NCBI GenBank assembly: GCA_013239625.1
Contig: MU053574.1
Span: 371,844-435,843 of the forward strand
Source of the DNA: Lama guanicoe
Lineage: Eukaryota
Length of the DNA stretch: 64,000 nucleotides
Reading direction: 5' to 3'
Position numbers and translations under genes: made by a program. The notes beneath the pieces are model-generated. The model saw only the letters and a list, made by a program, of their open reading frames with translations, was not told the origin of the DNA and searched no databases. Positions 1 to 12,652 of the stretch are shown piece after piece; the stretch's first letter is position 1; each line of letters begins with the position of its first letter.

Positions 1-9
1 TTTAAAAAA

Positions 10-860
10 TTTAGTGAGTGCCTACTATGTGCCAGGCAATGTTCCAGAAAGAGCCATGAACAAAACCACAAAACTCCCTGCCTTCGTGAAGCTTTCTATT
101 CCAGAGGGAGGAGAAAAACAGAACGTACAAAAATCAACGGTGGTAACTGCTGAGGAGGAAAATAAAGCAAGGGAGAGGGAAGAGGACTACGGGGGGAGGG
201 GGAAGGGGGCTGTCGTCAGGTGGTGCCATTTTAAGTCGCATGGCCAGGAAGGCCTAACTGATAAAGGGACACTTGAGAAAGCCATGTGGACACCTGCTGG
301 ACGAGCAGTCCGGGCAGAGAGAACTGCCAGTGCAGAGGCCCGGGGTGGAAGGGGTGCCTCGTGTACCTGAGGGGCAATGAGGCCAGTGCACCCCGAGTGA
401 AGTTAGCAAGATGCAGAAATGCATATGTGGTCAGAGAAGGGACGGGGGCCAGGCTGTGTGGTCTGAAAGGATTTTAGCTTCTGCTCATCAGAAATGGGCA
501 GCCACTGGAGTTCTGAGCAGAGGGGTGACGTGAGCTGACAATCTCGGCCCTGCTTAGAACAGGCTGGAGGGGGAAGGAAAGACACAGGAAGGTTGGCTGG
601 GAGACAACTGTAATGATCTGGGCAAGAGACGACGGTGCCCTGGGCCAGGGGTGGAGGGAGTGAGAAACGTCTGGATCCAAGTCTGAAATGCCTATTAAAC
701 TTCTAAACAGAGAAACTGAGCAGGTACTTAAATATGAAGTCTGGACTGAGGGGGAGAGATTCGGGTTAAAGTGGCAGGTTTAAGTTCCCAGTGTACAGAG
801 GATATGCGACAGCCAGGGGAGAGTGCTGCCAGAAGAGAAACAGGTCCAGACACGGACATC
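10..860 (-). mobile_element. LINE2 (L2) remnant
   Basis: Begins with the typical antisense L2 3' end TGAGTGCCTACTATGTGCCAGGCA followed by purine-rich L2-like body. Edges approximate. Confidence 0.7.
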
Positions 861-1374
861 TAGGAGACAGGGGCCAGGACGCCAGGTGATAAGAGAGCTT
901 TGAGGGGGAGGAGCCCGTGCCAAACGCAGCCCACAGGCCATATAATGAGGCAGCCTCAAGGTTCCCACTTAAAGTGAGACCCAGGGGGGAGAAGGAGGAA
1001 AGACCTCCACCTTTTGTTACAAAGTTAAGCCAAACAAAGTACATAAGCACCTTCCATTCTATTAACTTTAACAGGTATTGCTTTGGTAATAATGATTTTT
1101 AAAAATTTAATGCTACTTTAGAGCAAAACAGTATTATCAAAATAAAGAAAGAAATCCCTACATATGTTAAGCAGTAAAAAAAAAAAAAAAACCCTCTCTT
1201 TAAAGGGTATCCTACTTTAGTCAAACTGACCACAAGAAAAAACAACAAGCTCACACCAGGTTTTATAGCAGCAGCTTCTCTCCAACCTAATGGCATGGGC
1301 AACATCGATTTCAGATGAACACTTCACGGTGGTCTGTGCTGCATGAAAGTGACGAAGGAGCAAAAGCAGCTTAC

Positions 1375-1505
1375 CGGAGCCAAATGTGGCCATTGGAGCA
1401 GACTGCCTGCTTGCGATCTGTGAACGGCAAGATCTCTTTACACAAACTACAGTGCTCGGGGAACGTCTGCTTGTTCATCTTCTTTGAGATGTGTCCGATC
1501 AGCAC
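1375..1505 (-). CDS. GTF3C4: GTF3C4 coding exon 3
   Basis: Acceptor CTAG|GTG at 1506/1505, donor CCG|GTAAGC at 1375/1374. 131 nt, VLIGHISKKMNKQTFPEHCSLCKEILPFTDRKQAVCSNGHIWLR, with the CxxC...CxxxH zinc-binding pattern. Later exons lie left of the window. Confidence 0.95.
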
Positions 1506-3913
1506 CTAGTAACACAGGGCAGTCAGCAATGTTTCGTGGTGAGCACAGGGCTTCCAGATACAAAAGAGAAGTGGGACACTATGCAGTATCTTACACAAGA
1601 CCGGAGCCCTGCTCCTCCACTTAGGCCCATCGCGGAGTCTGGAAAGTAAAAAAGCTAGACCATCACGTTGTGTCACCTGGCCGAGTAAAAGCAAATAAAT
1701 TCATCCAGGTACCTCGTGAACTATCCCCACTAAAGGAAAAACTGTTCTGGAAACCCAAATCTTACTACTTGCCTTTAGTTGCTCCTGAAATAAGGACTTC
1801 AGAGTTCTGTCAGAAGACAAAGGACACTTAGCTACACTTCATGATGTTCTGACTTTCAGAGAGAAAAGCATAACCTCTTAGGCAAAATATCATGTGAAAT
1901 ACTAACTTCGTAGAACTACGGAAATGTCTACTCTTTAAGAAGGGTTTACAAAGTAAAAAGATCATCAGGATTGAAAAATAATAATTTCCCCTTCTGATGG
2001 CCCAAAGACCCGTGACCAATCCAGTTTTGGCCTGCAACTTGAGACCCACCGACCCCGGGCAGGACCCTCTGGGGGGGGGCAGGCGGGGCGCGCTCCAGGC
2101 CTTGGCCCGACTTCAGCTTCGTTTCCTCCTCTGCTTCACTTATTAGGGTTGCACCACTTTAATGACGGAAGTCTGAAAAACTCCAATCTGCTTCATTATT
2201 TTGCTGGAAAGAACCTTTCCCAGCTCTATCACTGGGAGGCGTGGGAAGCACTGATCCTCAAGAGCCTCCTCGTCTCACTAGCAGGTAATGTCTTTCAGTT
2301 TTAACCCATTTACACTTCAGCTCTTGTGGAAGAACTCAAGTCTACCGTCACTAAAATGGGTTCACTGAAGTTCTGAAGGGCATCAGTAGTGCAGAAGTGT
2401 GTCTTACCTACTCTGCATGTAATTTACAAACTTCAAACCCATTCACTTTTGACTTTTTTTGGCCTTGAGAATTCTAATTTATGGTCCTTTACAGCAGGGA
2501 CAACCAAAGTACTAGGTTCGAAAAGATTCATTTAAGGCACACAGTGGGATTTTAAAACATGAAACGTGTTGTTTTCAATCAAAACTCAGTTGCTGCAGAT
2601 GGGCAGAGTACAATCTTTCCTTCTTTAAATCGGCTCTGGTGGAACCAAGAACTATGCTAAACATAGCTTTCCATGCTCATGTCGCACCTCGGCAATTATT
2701 CTAAATCATTACCAACCAACTGCCATTACAAATTTCCTAAAATGCTAGTATTTCAGGCTTATAATATCCCTGCTGGGGCCTATGAAACAGTGATAACCAG
2801 AAAACTCTTCCAAACAATTCAGATCACAATGAAACAATTTATAAAAGTTGACTTTCAAAGATGAAAAATCAGTTATATAAACAGTACATCTTAACTACTC
2901 TTGAGATTATTGCAAATACATCCTTAGGCGATAATTTTAGGGGTGTATGTACATATACATACATACACACACACACTTTCCAACAAGAAAATACAAGTGG
3001 TTTGTAAATAGTTTAACATTAGACATGAAGATCTGTGGATTTATTGCTTTCAGTTAATATGTTAAGTAAGACTGTTGGTAGTGAGAGTAAGTGTCTATCT
3101 TCAGAATAAAAAGGACCACGGGTGTCCGTGGTTTTAAGTATTTTAGTATACAGGATGTTCCTTGAAACACAGTTCTTCAGGGTTTTAGATGCTGTTAGCT
3201 CAGGATCCCTGATTAATAAGCCTGGATAACCTGGTGAGCTACACAAAGTTACACGGTTTCTTTCCTATAGGAATTCCCGGAACCCTTAAAGGATGATGCA
3301 CACTGGGAACCTTTAGGAGGAGTATGGAGTACATGGTCTTCCTCCATGTGTGGAGCCCTAGTGTTCTATCAGCGAACCTGAATTCTGTGAAACACGTTTT
3401 GGGTAACACTGTAAGATTGTTCTAACATCAAAATAACGGTTACACCTAGTTTTTGCAAAAATACCACAAATAATCATGTTTACTTTACATGGCCTTCTAG
3501 ACTAAATCAGACGACCTCCTCAAGTCTTTCCAAACAGAACAGTCCCTGCCAAGTTCCTCCCGCCCTCCAGAGGCGGGGGGCACACCACACTGCCCCTGTG
3601 GTGACTGCCCCATCACAACCTACTCTGCTAAACGCAGCCTCCTGGAGCTCATCCATGGCCCGGAAACCTCCCGAACCTTGCATATCAATCAAAGCCTTAG
3701 TGAGAGTAAGAATGAAATATTCTTTGTGTGATACGCGTATGTCCTCTGCATTAATCCATGTTTCCTATTTATTCTCCTGCACCTCGTGCCAATTAATTAC
3801 CTAAAAAAAAGTCAAAGAAGAAGTTGAGCTTTACAAATTAAATTTAGGCCATTCCTTTCTCATGAAGAAAGCAGTCTTCTCACAGTTTCAGTGTTTTGTT
3901 AACAAACACCTAC

Positions 3914-5740
3914 CCGAGCTGTTCTGTCCTCATACTCTTCGTCAGACATTAAAAAGTTACAGAGGCCCCTGGTGGGGATGCTGGTGTTTTCTGTGATCCA
4001 GGTGTGCAGGTACACTTCTCCTAAGACTCGCTTCATGTGCTCCCGGGTCAAGTGCATCTCCACGGCTTCGATTTTCCCCTGGATCTCAAGGAGTTTCTCT
4101 TCCATTGGCTCTCGGCCTCCAGTATCTCCAGACGGAGTGAGGGAGTCATCTGTGGGGTCCTCTGGGTCACCTTCCCTGCTCCTCTCCTGAAGGCCTTGCT
4201 TGGCCGCCTGTCTGGAGGACGTGCCTTCTTCTTGCTGCTCATCGTCAGCATTGCCCATCCCGGGCGAGTCCACTAGTAAGGCTTTTGAGTCCTCGTGTGT
4301 GGGTTTCCACAAGGCTTCTGAAGGGGTTTTCTGCATCGACTGATACAAAATCCTCAGGAGGAAGAGTTTGAAACGCCAGTAATAGGTGGCCCCACTGCTT
4401 TCAATCTTTTTTTCCAAAGCTTCTTGTAAAAACTGAGGGATATGCTTGTCTCTTAAAATCTTCCAGCGTACTAGGTCTATTAAATCTACCTGCCTAAAGA
4501 GATTCTGAACTGAGGATTCCAGAAGCTGAGCCGCTGCCTCTTCAAAGGTTTTCAGAGTAACGAACTGAACCTGGTAGTTTTTGTTAACGGGATGGAGGCC
4601 ATTGACCATGCCCTCGGTTGTAATGACGGCCAGGTACGCGCCGCAGGGGCTCACTGCTATCCCGTGTGTCCTCACCGAGCCGAACACATCTGAGAGTTTA
4701 ATCAGCTGGTGCTCAAACTTCAACGCGACGTCTGTGAAGATGGGAATCAGCTGCCTCACCTTGCCGTCACTGGAACAAGTATACACCGTTCCATTCTGCT
4801 TGTCCGCCGTCATGGAGACGATGGGCAGCGAGTGAAGGCCTGTGACGTGAGAATTGTGAACATTCAGACCTGCTTTGGAGATCAGAAGAAGACACCAGAA
4901 CACATAGGATCCTCTGGCAGCCACCACTAAGCTGCAACTACACTTCTGGTAAGGGTGATACAATGGGACACACTTGATGCTGTGTACTGGCAACTGGTCC
5001 ATTTCTTTCCACAAGACGACAGGCTGCCTCAGAGTGAAGTAGCCTTTAACGGCTTTGAGATTGACAGGGAGAATTTTCACGGGCCCAAAAGCACTCCCCA
5101 CAATGAGGCCGCTCATCTTCCGGTTGCTGTGCTCGTACTCCCACCAAAACAGGACACTAGGAGAGCTGATTCCAGACTCGATCGTGTTGCAGGAAGAGAT
5201 AGATTCCTTTCCTACAAACGGGAGCTGAAACTGCCACACGGCGATGTTCCCGTTCTCAAAGAGGACGGCCAGGAGCACGCTGCCCACGTCGCGGCACTCA
5301 TTGTTGTGCTTGACCTGCTGAGTGGTACAGATGCCCGACCACTCCATTCTGACTGGTGTCTGCATGCTGTGCCTCCTCTGAAACTCAGCAAAGTCCCCGA
5401 GATTCCCTTCTGGGGCCTCACTTTTAGAGAGTCTGTAACTGGTCTCATAAAGACGTTCTCCATAAATCTCAGTCAGATCGACCAGCTGGACCCACTGCAG
5501 TCTGTTGAGGTTAGCCTGGATGGTCAGGCGATTGTCCATGGTCAGTGCTGCCAAGAGGCACCTGCCGTTGGCATCACAACCCATGGGGGACCAGCTGGTG
5601 TATTTGAATCCTCTCATTGGTGGCAACGCCTTCCCCTCAGGGTTGAACACCCTATCCAACATGAAAGTCTGACTGACTGTGGGGTCTTTGGAGGTGGCAA
5701 ATTTCTCCTTACACTCAGCAACTTCTGTTTTTGAGCCCAC
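3914..5740 (-). CDS. GTF3C4: GTF3C4 coding exon 2 (large exon)
   Basis: Acceptor TTATTTTCAG|GTG at 5741/5740, donor CGG|GTAGGT at 3914/3913. 1827 nt = 609 codons, VGSKTEVAECKEKF...SDEEYEDRTAR, inside the 647-aa ORF. Joins exon 1 in frame. Confidence 0.97.
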
Positions 5741-5902
5741 CTGAAAATAAGGGAGACAACAACTATCAGATAAATATTTCATTCTAAGAGTAATGTATTT
5801 ACATTGCGTAGGGTGAATTAACTGATTCATGTTAACATACACAGTAATTTTATATCAATTCTGTTAATTTTGGTATGACATGCATTTAAAAGGTCAAGAA
5901 TT

Positions 5903-6054
5903 GGAGGGAGGCTACAACTCAGTGGTAGAGCGTGTGCTTAGCACGCATGAGGTCCTGGGTTCAACCCCTAGTCACTCTATTTAAGTAAATAAACAAATAA
6001 ACCTAATTACCTCCCTGTTGAAAAAAACCAAAATAAACAAAATAATTTTTTTAA
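5903..6054 (+). mobile_element. tRNA-Ala-derived SINE (camelid Vic-1-like)
   Basis: Head ...ACTCAGTGGTAGAGCGTGTGCTTAGCACGCATGAGGTCCTGGGTTCAACCCC resembles tRNA-Ala(AGC); A-rich tail; 13-bp target-site duplication AAAAGGTCAAGAA (5888-5900) / AAAAGATCAAGAA (6055-6067). Confidence 0.88.
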
Positions 6055-6659
6055 AAAAGATCAAGAACATGTCTAAAACCAAATGAGCATTTACTCAGAA
6101 AATGGCAATTTTTTTTAAGGGTCAGAATAAATGTTGCTATTACTCATGGCCTGGTTCCTACATTCTTTTCAAAATTGACATAAGGAGGAGCAATGATGGA
6201 GATGCACTGGATTCTGAAGAGTCAGAGCATTCTGCTGAACCACTCACAAAACAATAAAGGACTTAAGAAGTCATGAAAAAATGTAAATCTGTATGTATCT
6301 TTGATAAAATTAGATGTGCCGATTTTTAACAATATCTTTGCAATACCAATGCCAGCTTTGAGTTTTCTATCTGAAATTTCATTTACAAAGATGCTGAGAG
6401 CCAAGTCCCACTGATTCTATAGGATAATGTTCACTCTCATTAGACTACTTGCTCTTCCCTGAACATTCCCACAGCCTTCCTGGCTCCCTTGTGTAAAATG
6501 CTCTCTTTCCTCCTATCTGAATCCCATTCATCCTTCCAGGTCAAACTCCATGAGGTCTTCTGAGATCATGCTAGCTTTCATTCATCTCTCCCTCCTCCAG
6601 GTTCATAACATACATCAGCAGTGCTATTTGTTTAGTATCTAGCTGTACGACGGTGAGCT

Positions 6660-7130
6660 TTTTAAGAAGATTTTAAAGGGCCATTAAAGATGGAGGAAGA
6701 AATAAATGACCAAAAGAAAGTGATTCAGGGCCATAAGAAAATATCCAGGAAGGCTAAAGTCAGAAAAGAGCAGGGGGTCAATTAAAATACGATTTCTGTT
6801 CTGATGGAAGCAGGAAGAAGAAAGGACTTGACCCACTGTCTGTAGAGAAACGGGTAACAGAGAGAGAAAGCAGAATCTTTCGACTCCTTTTTAGTGTCAA
6901 TCTTCCTTTACATAGAGGCTGATCTTCAAACTGGAAGGGGTAGAATAAACATGATTAAAAAGGAATTAAATCCTAAGATATATACAGCTATGATAAAGTC
7001 ATTTTAAGTGAGTTTAAGTCCCCAAGCCCAGAGGAATTCCACTCCAGGATACAGAAAGAACTGGGAAGATGAACTCAGAACCATTACACTCCTTGATAAA
7101 GCTTGGACAACCAGGAATGTGTCACAAAAC
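6660..7130 (+). mobile_element. CR1/L3 LINE remnant (ORF2)
   Basis: 7013 onward translates FKSPSPEEFHSRIQKEL, matching the CR1 ORF2 pattern KSPGPDxxHPRVLKEL. A further piece DFRKAF at 7605-7622. Confidence 0.65.
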
Positions 7131-7503
7131 CAGAGTGCAACAAATAGTCAACTGCTAGATCACAGAATAAACAAGCATATAAAATGAAAGGTAGCTATAA
7201 AGTCCAACAAATGAATTAGAATACTTTTTCTAACGTGTGTTAAACAGGCCATCCCTCCCCTAAACTGTCCGTTGAAAGAGTTCTGTAACCAAATAAATTT
7301 TGGAAATGTTATATATTATACATTATTCCCCTTTCAAGAGTTAGAGCCAGGGAACTACTGTAGAGGCTTACATCAGAGTTATCCTTACAGTTATACTTGA
7401 AGAGTTAAGTTATTTTTTAAAAATAGAACCTTTTGGGGGGGGTCATCTTTTATTATCCTAAATAATATTCTGGAAGTGGTGTCTTAAGCAGTATATCGAT
7501 CTT

Positions 7504-7596
7504 ATTTTTTATTTTTTTATTTTTTATTTTTTAACATTTTTTATTGATTTATAATCATTTTGCAATGTTGTGTCAAATTCCAGTGCTCAGCACAAT
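7504..7596 (-). mobile_element. Young, heavily 5'-truncated L1 (3' tail only)
   Basis: Patterned poly(T), then TTATTGATTTATAATCATTTTGCAATGTTGTGTCAAATTCCAG. Flanked by AGTATATCGAT (7490-7500) / AGTATATTGAT (7597-7607). Confidence 0.75.
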
Positions 7597-7769
7597 AGTA
7601 TATTGATTTTAGAAAGGCATTTAAGGTGGTCTCTTGGACATGCTGGAGAAATACAACCTGGAAATTCCAATTAAATAGAGGTGTTGCTGCCTAGCCTGTT
7701 AATAAAACAATACTAATCAAAGCCCAGAGCTTTGTATGCGTAGATAAAATTTGACTGAAAATCTGTGTT

Positions 7770-7975
7770 ATGATGCCAGACTGCCTGGGTTCAAACCCTG
7801 GCTCTATCACACTCTAGCTCTGTGACCCTGAGCAAACTGTTTAAACCTTCTGGGTTTTAATTTCCTAATTTATCAAGGGAATAATAATACATGTCTCACA
7901 GAAGTAGGAAGGTTAATTAAGTCAATATATGTAAAGCATATATTAATAAACACTCAATAAATGTTAGCTATGATG
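7770..7975 (+). mobile_element. MIR SINE
   Basis: CCAGACTGCCTGGGTTCAAACCCTGGCTCT...AGCTCTGTGACCCTGAGCAA head and core; tail CACTCAATAAATGTTAGCTA. Confidence 0.8.
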
Positions 7976-10589
7976 ACAATTATTAATACTCTCTGAGGAT
8001 TAAGTAAATGTTAATGAGACCTAATAAAAATATGTACAATGCAGGATAGACAGGAATTAAGCTGTCCACCAAATGAAGGGTAGATATAAAACTGTTCACC
8101 AAATCCTGTAATGCTGTAAACTAAGCAATAATCCTCAGACTGGGATAATCCTCTACAATGAAAGCTTCTACAGAACTGGATGTCAACGTACAGAATGCGT
8201 AACCCCAAACAGCAGCATAGGATGAAATGAAGCTCACGCCTTGTCCTACTCATTGCAGGACGAATCCTTGATAGGATGGAGAGCAGCGTGGATGTCGACC
8301 AGTAGGGAAAATCCTTAGGGTTTGTGCAGTAATTTCTAGTATCTTAGGTAGTTTGAATTACCCTACTGCACCTCACCCCAACTCTCCATATCACAAAACT
8401 AGTTAACAAATCAAAACAAGAACTCAGATGTCCAGGGAGCACACTAGTGAGTCCAGCTCCCAGAGGCCAGCCCCCAGCCAATCATTTAATTATGCACTAC
8501 CCTGTTTCCAGCTGGCTACTACTACAACTAATAGCTATGAACTGACTGAGCATCTAATATATAAAAACTCATTTGAAGTTATTAGACAGTAAGCTTCTTT
8601 AGGCCAGGAATATGATTCCAAAGACAGGCAATAGTTATTTAACTTAATGTAGCAGATGGAGTTAATATTGCTAACGTTCCTAACAATTGATACAAATAAA
8701 ATTAGTTATGCATATATTATTAGAATTTCTAACTGTATACAATTATATGATTCACTAAGTCAGCAGTCTAATGGGAAGAGAAATTGCAACTTTTTCTTAA
8801 ATCACCATTTTACTGCTTTTCAGATTTATATCATTCACCTTTATATCATAACCTCAGTACCCTGAACAGTAACTTGCAAGTAACATAATATTTGAATTAT
8901 TATTTAACGGTGCATTTTTCTTAAGAAATTCATAATCTAAGTAACAATCATGGAGCAAAAGCTTCAAAGAGATTTAACATCTAGCATTCTCGTAGCTGTA
9001 TGCACTAAAACTGTGATCTAGGTGGCAGAATGTCCATGTTTTGTGTTAGAGCAAAGGCAAGCTGGACAGTACTGAGTGGAACTAAATCCCTAGGGATTGT
9101 CAATGGGCAGTGACATCAAACTACAGATACAGACTTCTTTACATTCCTACCATTACTCCAGTTTTCTCCCACAGAGGCCTCTTTTAGAATTGCAGGGACA
9201 ACTCAGCATTCACTCACCAGGCACAGTTAGTTTAATAAGACCGCTAACTGATAGATGGTTTGTGTGAGGCAAATACCAAAAATCAGTACAGAAGGGGAAG
9301 ATGCCACTACTTAATTTCAGGAAAGCCATCAATTATTAGAGGAATATATAAAGATTTCCTACTACTCATTTGCCAGTTGTGGAACCAATGACAGAGTCAA
9401 ATTTTTATCAGAATACAGTACAAAAGATATCTTTATGTTCATAGCCAGAGCATTACTCCAGACTCCCTCCTTCATACTTGCATGACTATTTTTTAACTTG
9501 AGCATTTACGGGCTGCCAGGAACTGTACTGACTATACATGTGTACATGTGTATAGGTATGTACACATATAAGTACATGTGTTTAACTTATTCTTCCAAAA
9601 ATTCTCATCAAGAGATTTTTTTATCCTCTATTTATAGAATTTATTATCGTCCTTTTAAAAATAGGCTTATCTTGCTATCTGTTGCCAAAGCCCAATCTCT
9701 TAACCCTGTTTTATATTGATTCCAACAATCATGTTCTTGCCTCTAGTGCAGCCAGATTCATACTCCTGACCCATACATACCAGGTCAGTCCGTGTTTAGG
9801 ATACTGTAACAGCACTTTAGGGCTTCCAAGATTGAAGCCAGCCTCCTCAGACTGACCTTCAAAGTTCCCAAATCGGCCTCACCTTCCTTTCTCTGACTCT
9901 CTAGAAGAGACTCACCTGTTGATCCATCATTATTTACACAAAACAACAGCAGGTTAACGTTCCTGACTTACATGTATGTGCATGAGATGGAGCATCCCAC
10001 TCCTGCCATATGGATGACCCTCTCCTCCCTTCCTCTTACAACTCAAATCCGACCTTTTTTTAGGTCTGCTGCAGAGTCACCACCAAATAACCTTACCTGA
10101 TAAACACCACCTCACTATTCCTTTCTTTCTTTAAATTCTCTCTGCTACAGTATTAAATCTTTACTATATCGAGATACACTTAAAATGTTCTCTAGCTGAT
10201 GTGTAATATGAACATCCTTAGCAGCAGTAAGTTCCTTTCCAGCAGAGGATAGACCTTTTAAAACCCCTTTGTTCTGCCTCCCTCCTTGAGTGTTTCTCAG
10301 TTTCATAGCATTACCAACATCTGGCCATCTGATTTGTTTTTACTTGAGTCAAGTTGTTCACATCTTGTCCAAGATCTTAGAGGGCGCAGGTCAAACAAGT
10401 TTATCAATGATCTAACTCAACATCAAATTGTCAGTTTAAAACGTGAATAAGTATGTATGCTAAAAAGTGGTGTGGGTTCCTTGCACCCTACCCACAGTTA
10501 ATAATCCATATCTTAAATGGCTGTGCAGACTAAGAGTTTTTTTTTAACTTCACTTTCACAGACACGTTCTCTGTACACAGATACATATA

Positions 10590-10765
10590 TTTACAGTGCT
10601 TATCACTACCTGATATCACATTGTTATTTGCTCGTGACTTGCCAAAAGAATGCAAGCTTCATGAGGACAAGGACTTTGTTTTGTACAATGCTCTATTTCC
10701 AGAACCTAGGTTGGTGCCTGGCTGATAACACAGTGGTATTCAAATATGTGTTGAAAGAATGAATA
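10590..10765 (+). mobile_element. L2 3' end
   Basis: GAATGCAAGCTTCATGAGGACAAGGACTTTG...TTCAAATATGTGTTGAAAGAATGAAT, the L2 terminal pattern. Confidence 0.75.
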
Positions 10766-11625
10766 TACCCTTCGATAGTCACAGAGATGCATACCGATCT
10801 ACAAAGGAAATTTTAAGTGAAGTTTTTACACATTTAAGCCACTAAAATGAACAATACAACTTACTACTCAAAAGAATTTGAAAATGGCGATAATAAAACA
10901 ATAAAACTTTAAGAACCCTTAAGTTCTGAAGGCAAACTTCGCTAATATGAAGCTGAAAGCACTAAATCTACATGGAGATCTTGGGCTTAAAGTTTAAGGA
11001 CTGCACGTACTTCCAGAGGCTTTATTTTTCATTCTACAAAGATTTTTAGTTATTGAAGAAAAACTGGAGTACTAACACGGACCTCCAGTATTTATCCGTC
11101 TGCCCAAGATGAGAAGCAAGGACTATTCATTAAAAAGTTGTTGTTAAGACAACGGAAAGGACCAATTTTTTTTTTCTTCAAAGTGTAAGAAGCGCAAGAA
11201 GAGGGCACATCACAGTAAACAAAGCCAGCCAAGGGCCTCGGGGAGCAAGCCCCAGACAATAGGAGCAACGGCAGAGGCAGGTCTGGGGTTGGGTCAACAG
11301 TGGGTGGAGCCTCAGAAAGCACCAAGGCAACAAATCTGTGCCAGCAGCCAGCCAGACGCCGGGGCGAGGGAAGAACCTGGCTCCGAGAGGGACCTCCCGA
11401 AATATACGTGTGTCCGGGCGGGTGATCTGGGAAACTGGGAACAAACGGCCAGAAGGTTTTTTGTTTGATTTTTAAGCTAAGGCGACCCTAACCACTTAGC
11501 TCTAAGCGCCGGGCGCGAGGAGGGGGAATCCCCGAACTAGGCGTGGGCCGGGATTCCCCAGGGACCTGTGACGCGGCCCCGGGAGTGACGAGAGACCCCG
11601 GGGCTGAAGCCCAGGGCTGACTTAC

Positions 11626-11970
11626 TTTGAGGAGGCAGCTGTTGAGAGGCGCGGGCACCGACGTGCGGTGGATAACCAGGTCCTGGCCCGGGTTGTGCAC
11701 GTCGCAGATGAGCTCCAGCACAGCGATGCTGCGGGCCGTGGACACGGACACGCGGTGGTCCTCGGACCACGCCAGCGGCTCCAGGCCGCTCACCGCATAC
11801 TGCAGCTTCACGGCCGGCTCCCGCCGAGTCACCAGGAGGCGGAACGCGGCGCTGGGCCCCGGGGCCGCGTCCACCGCCGGCTCCTTCCCGCCCCCCTCGC
11901 CCTCCTCCTCCTCGGGCGGAGGAGGCCGGCTGGCCGCGGGCCCCACCCGGGCCTTGTCGGACGTGTTCAT
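11626..11970 (-). CDS. GTF3C4: GTF3C4 (general transcription factor IIIC subunit 4, TFIIIC90) coding exon 1
   Basis: ATG at 11970 (minus). 345 nt = 115 codons, MNTSDKARVG...EPAVKLQYAVSGLEPLAWSEDHRVSVSTARSIAVLEL...PLNSCLLK, recognised as the TFIIIC90 N-terminus. Donor AAA|GTAAGT at 11625. Phase 0. Confidence 0.96.
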
Positions 11971-12652
11971 CTCTCCTCAGACGCAAAGGCCGGACCCGCG
12001 GGCGGGTTAATGCCGTGTCGCGGTCCCGCTGCCGCCTCCGGTACCGCGGCCGCGGGCCCCCAGCGCCCTCCGCGGCGGTTTTCTCCCCTCAGGCCCGGAG
12101 CGCCGCCGAGCCAGGAAGGACCCCGCTGTTGCTAGGCGACCCAGCCCTGCCAGGTGGCCAAGGCACTGCCTGTTAAAAAAAAAACAAAAACGCACCTCCT
12201 CCGCGGGCGGGAAGGAAATAAGTGGGCGAGGGGCAGGGAGACCGAGCGCCAAGCCCCTTTAGGCGTCTCCCAGGGCGACCAAAGTGCTGAGGAAACAGTA
12301 AACCGACGGCAAACCAGGAAACGTCGGTTAAATGGGGGCACGTCTCTTCTTGTTTTCCAGAAGAACTCAAAGAACTGCACAAGCAGGAGTTGAGTGTAAC
12401 TTGGCATCCCCTGCCACCGGCCACGCCGCGAGGGTCGCCACGCGGGGCAGCCAGCCCTCCCGGTGGCCCCGGCGCCGCGGCTTCGGTCCCTCGGGGCGCG
12501 GGCCGTGTGTCCGCGGGCCCTTCGGGACCCGGAAGCGGCGCGGGCGCAGGACCCGGCGGGGCAGCTACGCGGGGTCCTCGCGCGCGTCCCACGTGGGTCG
12601 GAGCTGAGCGGCGGTCCCGGTTCGCTAGGTCCCGATTCGCCTGTCCGCCGGC

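Noticed and set aside
4955..5734. 259-aa plus-strand ORF
   Set aside because: Antisense shadow of GTF3C4 exon 2; no recognisable protein and no independent gene signals.
5741..5842. N-terminal 34 residues of the 647-aa ORF (MYVNMNQ...YFQ)
   Set aside because: Intronic read-through upstream of a clear acceptor at 5741; the true N-terminus comes from exon 1.
5903..5975. Possible functional tRNA-Ala(AGC) gene
   Set aside because: Acceptor stem and A-box are degenerate, and it has an A-rich tail with a target-site duplication, so it is a SINE.
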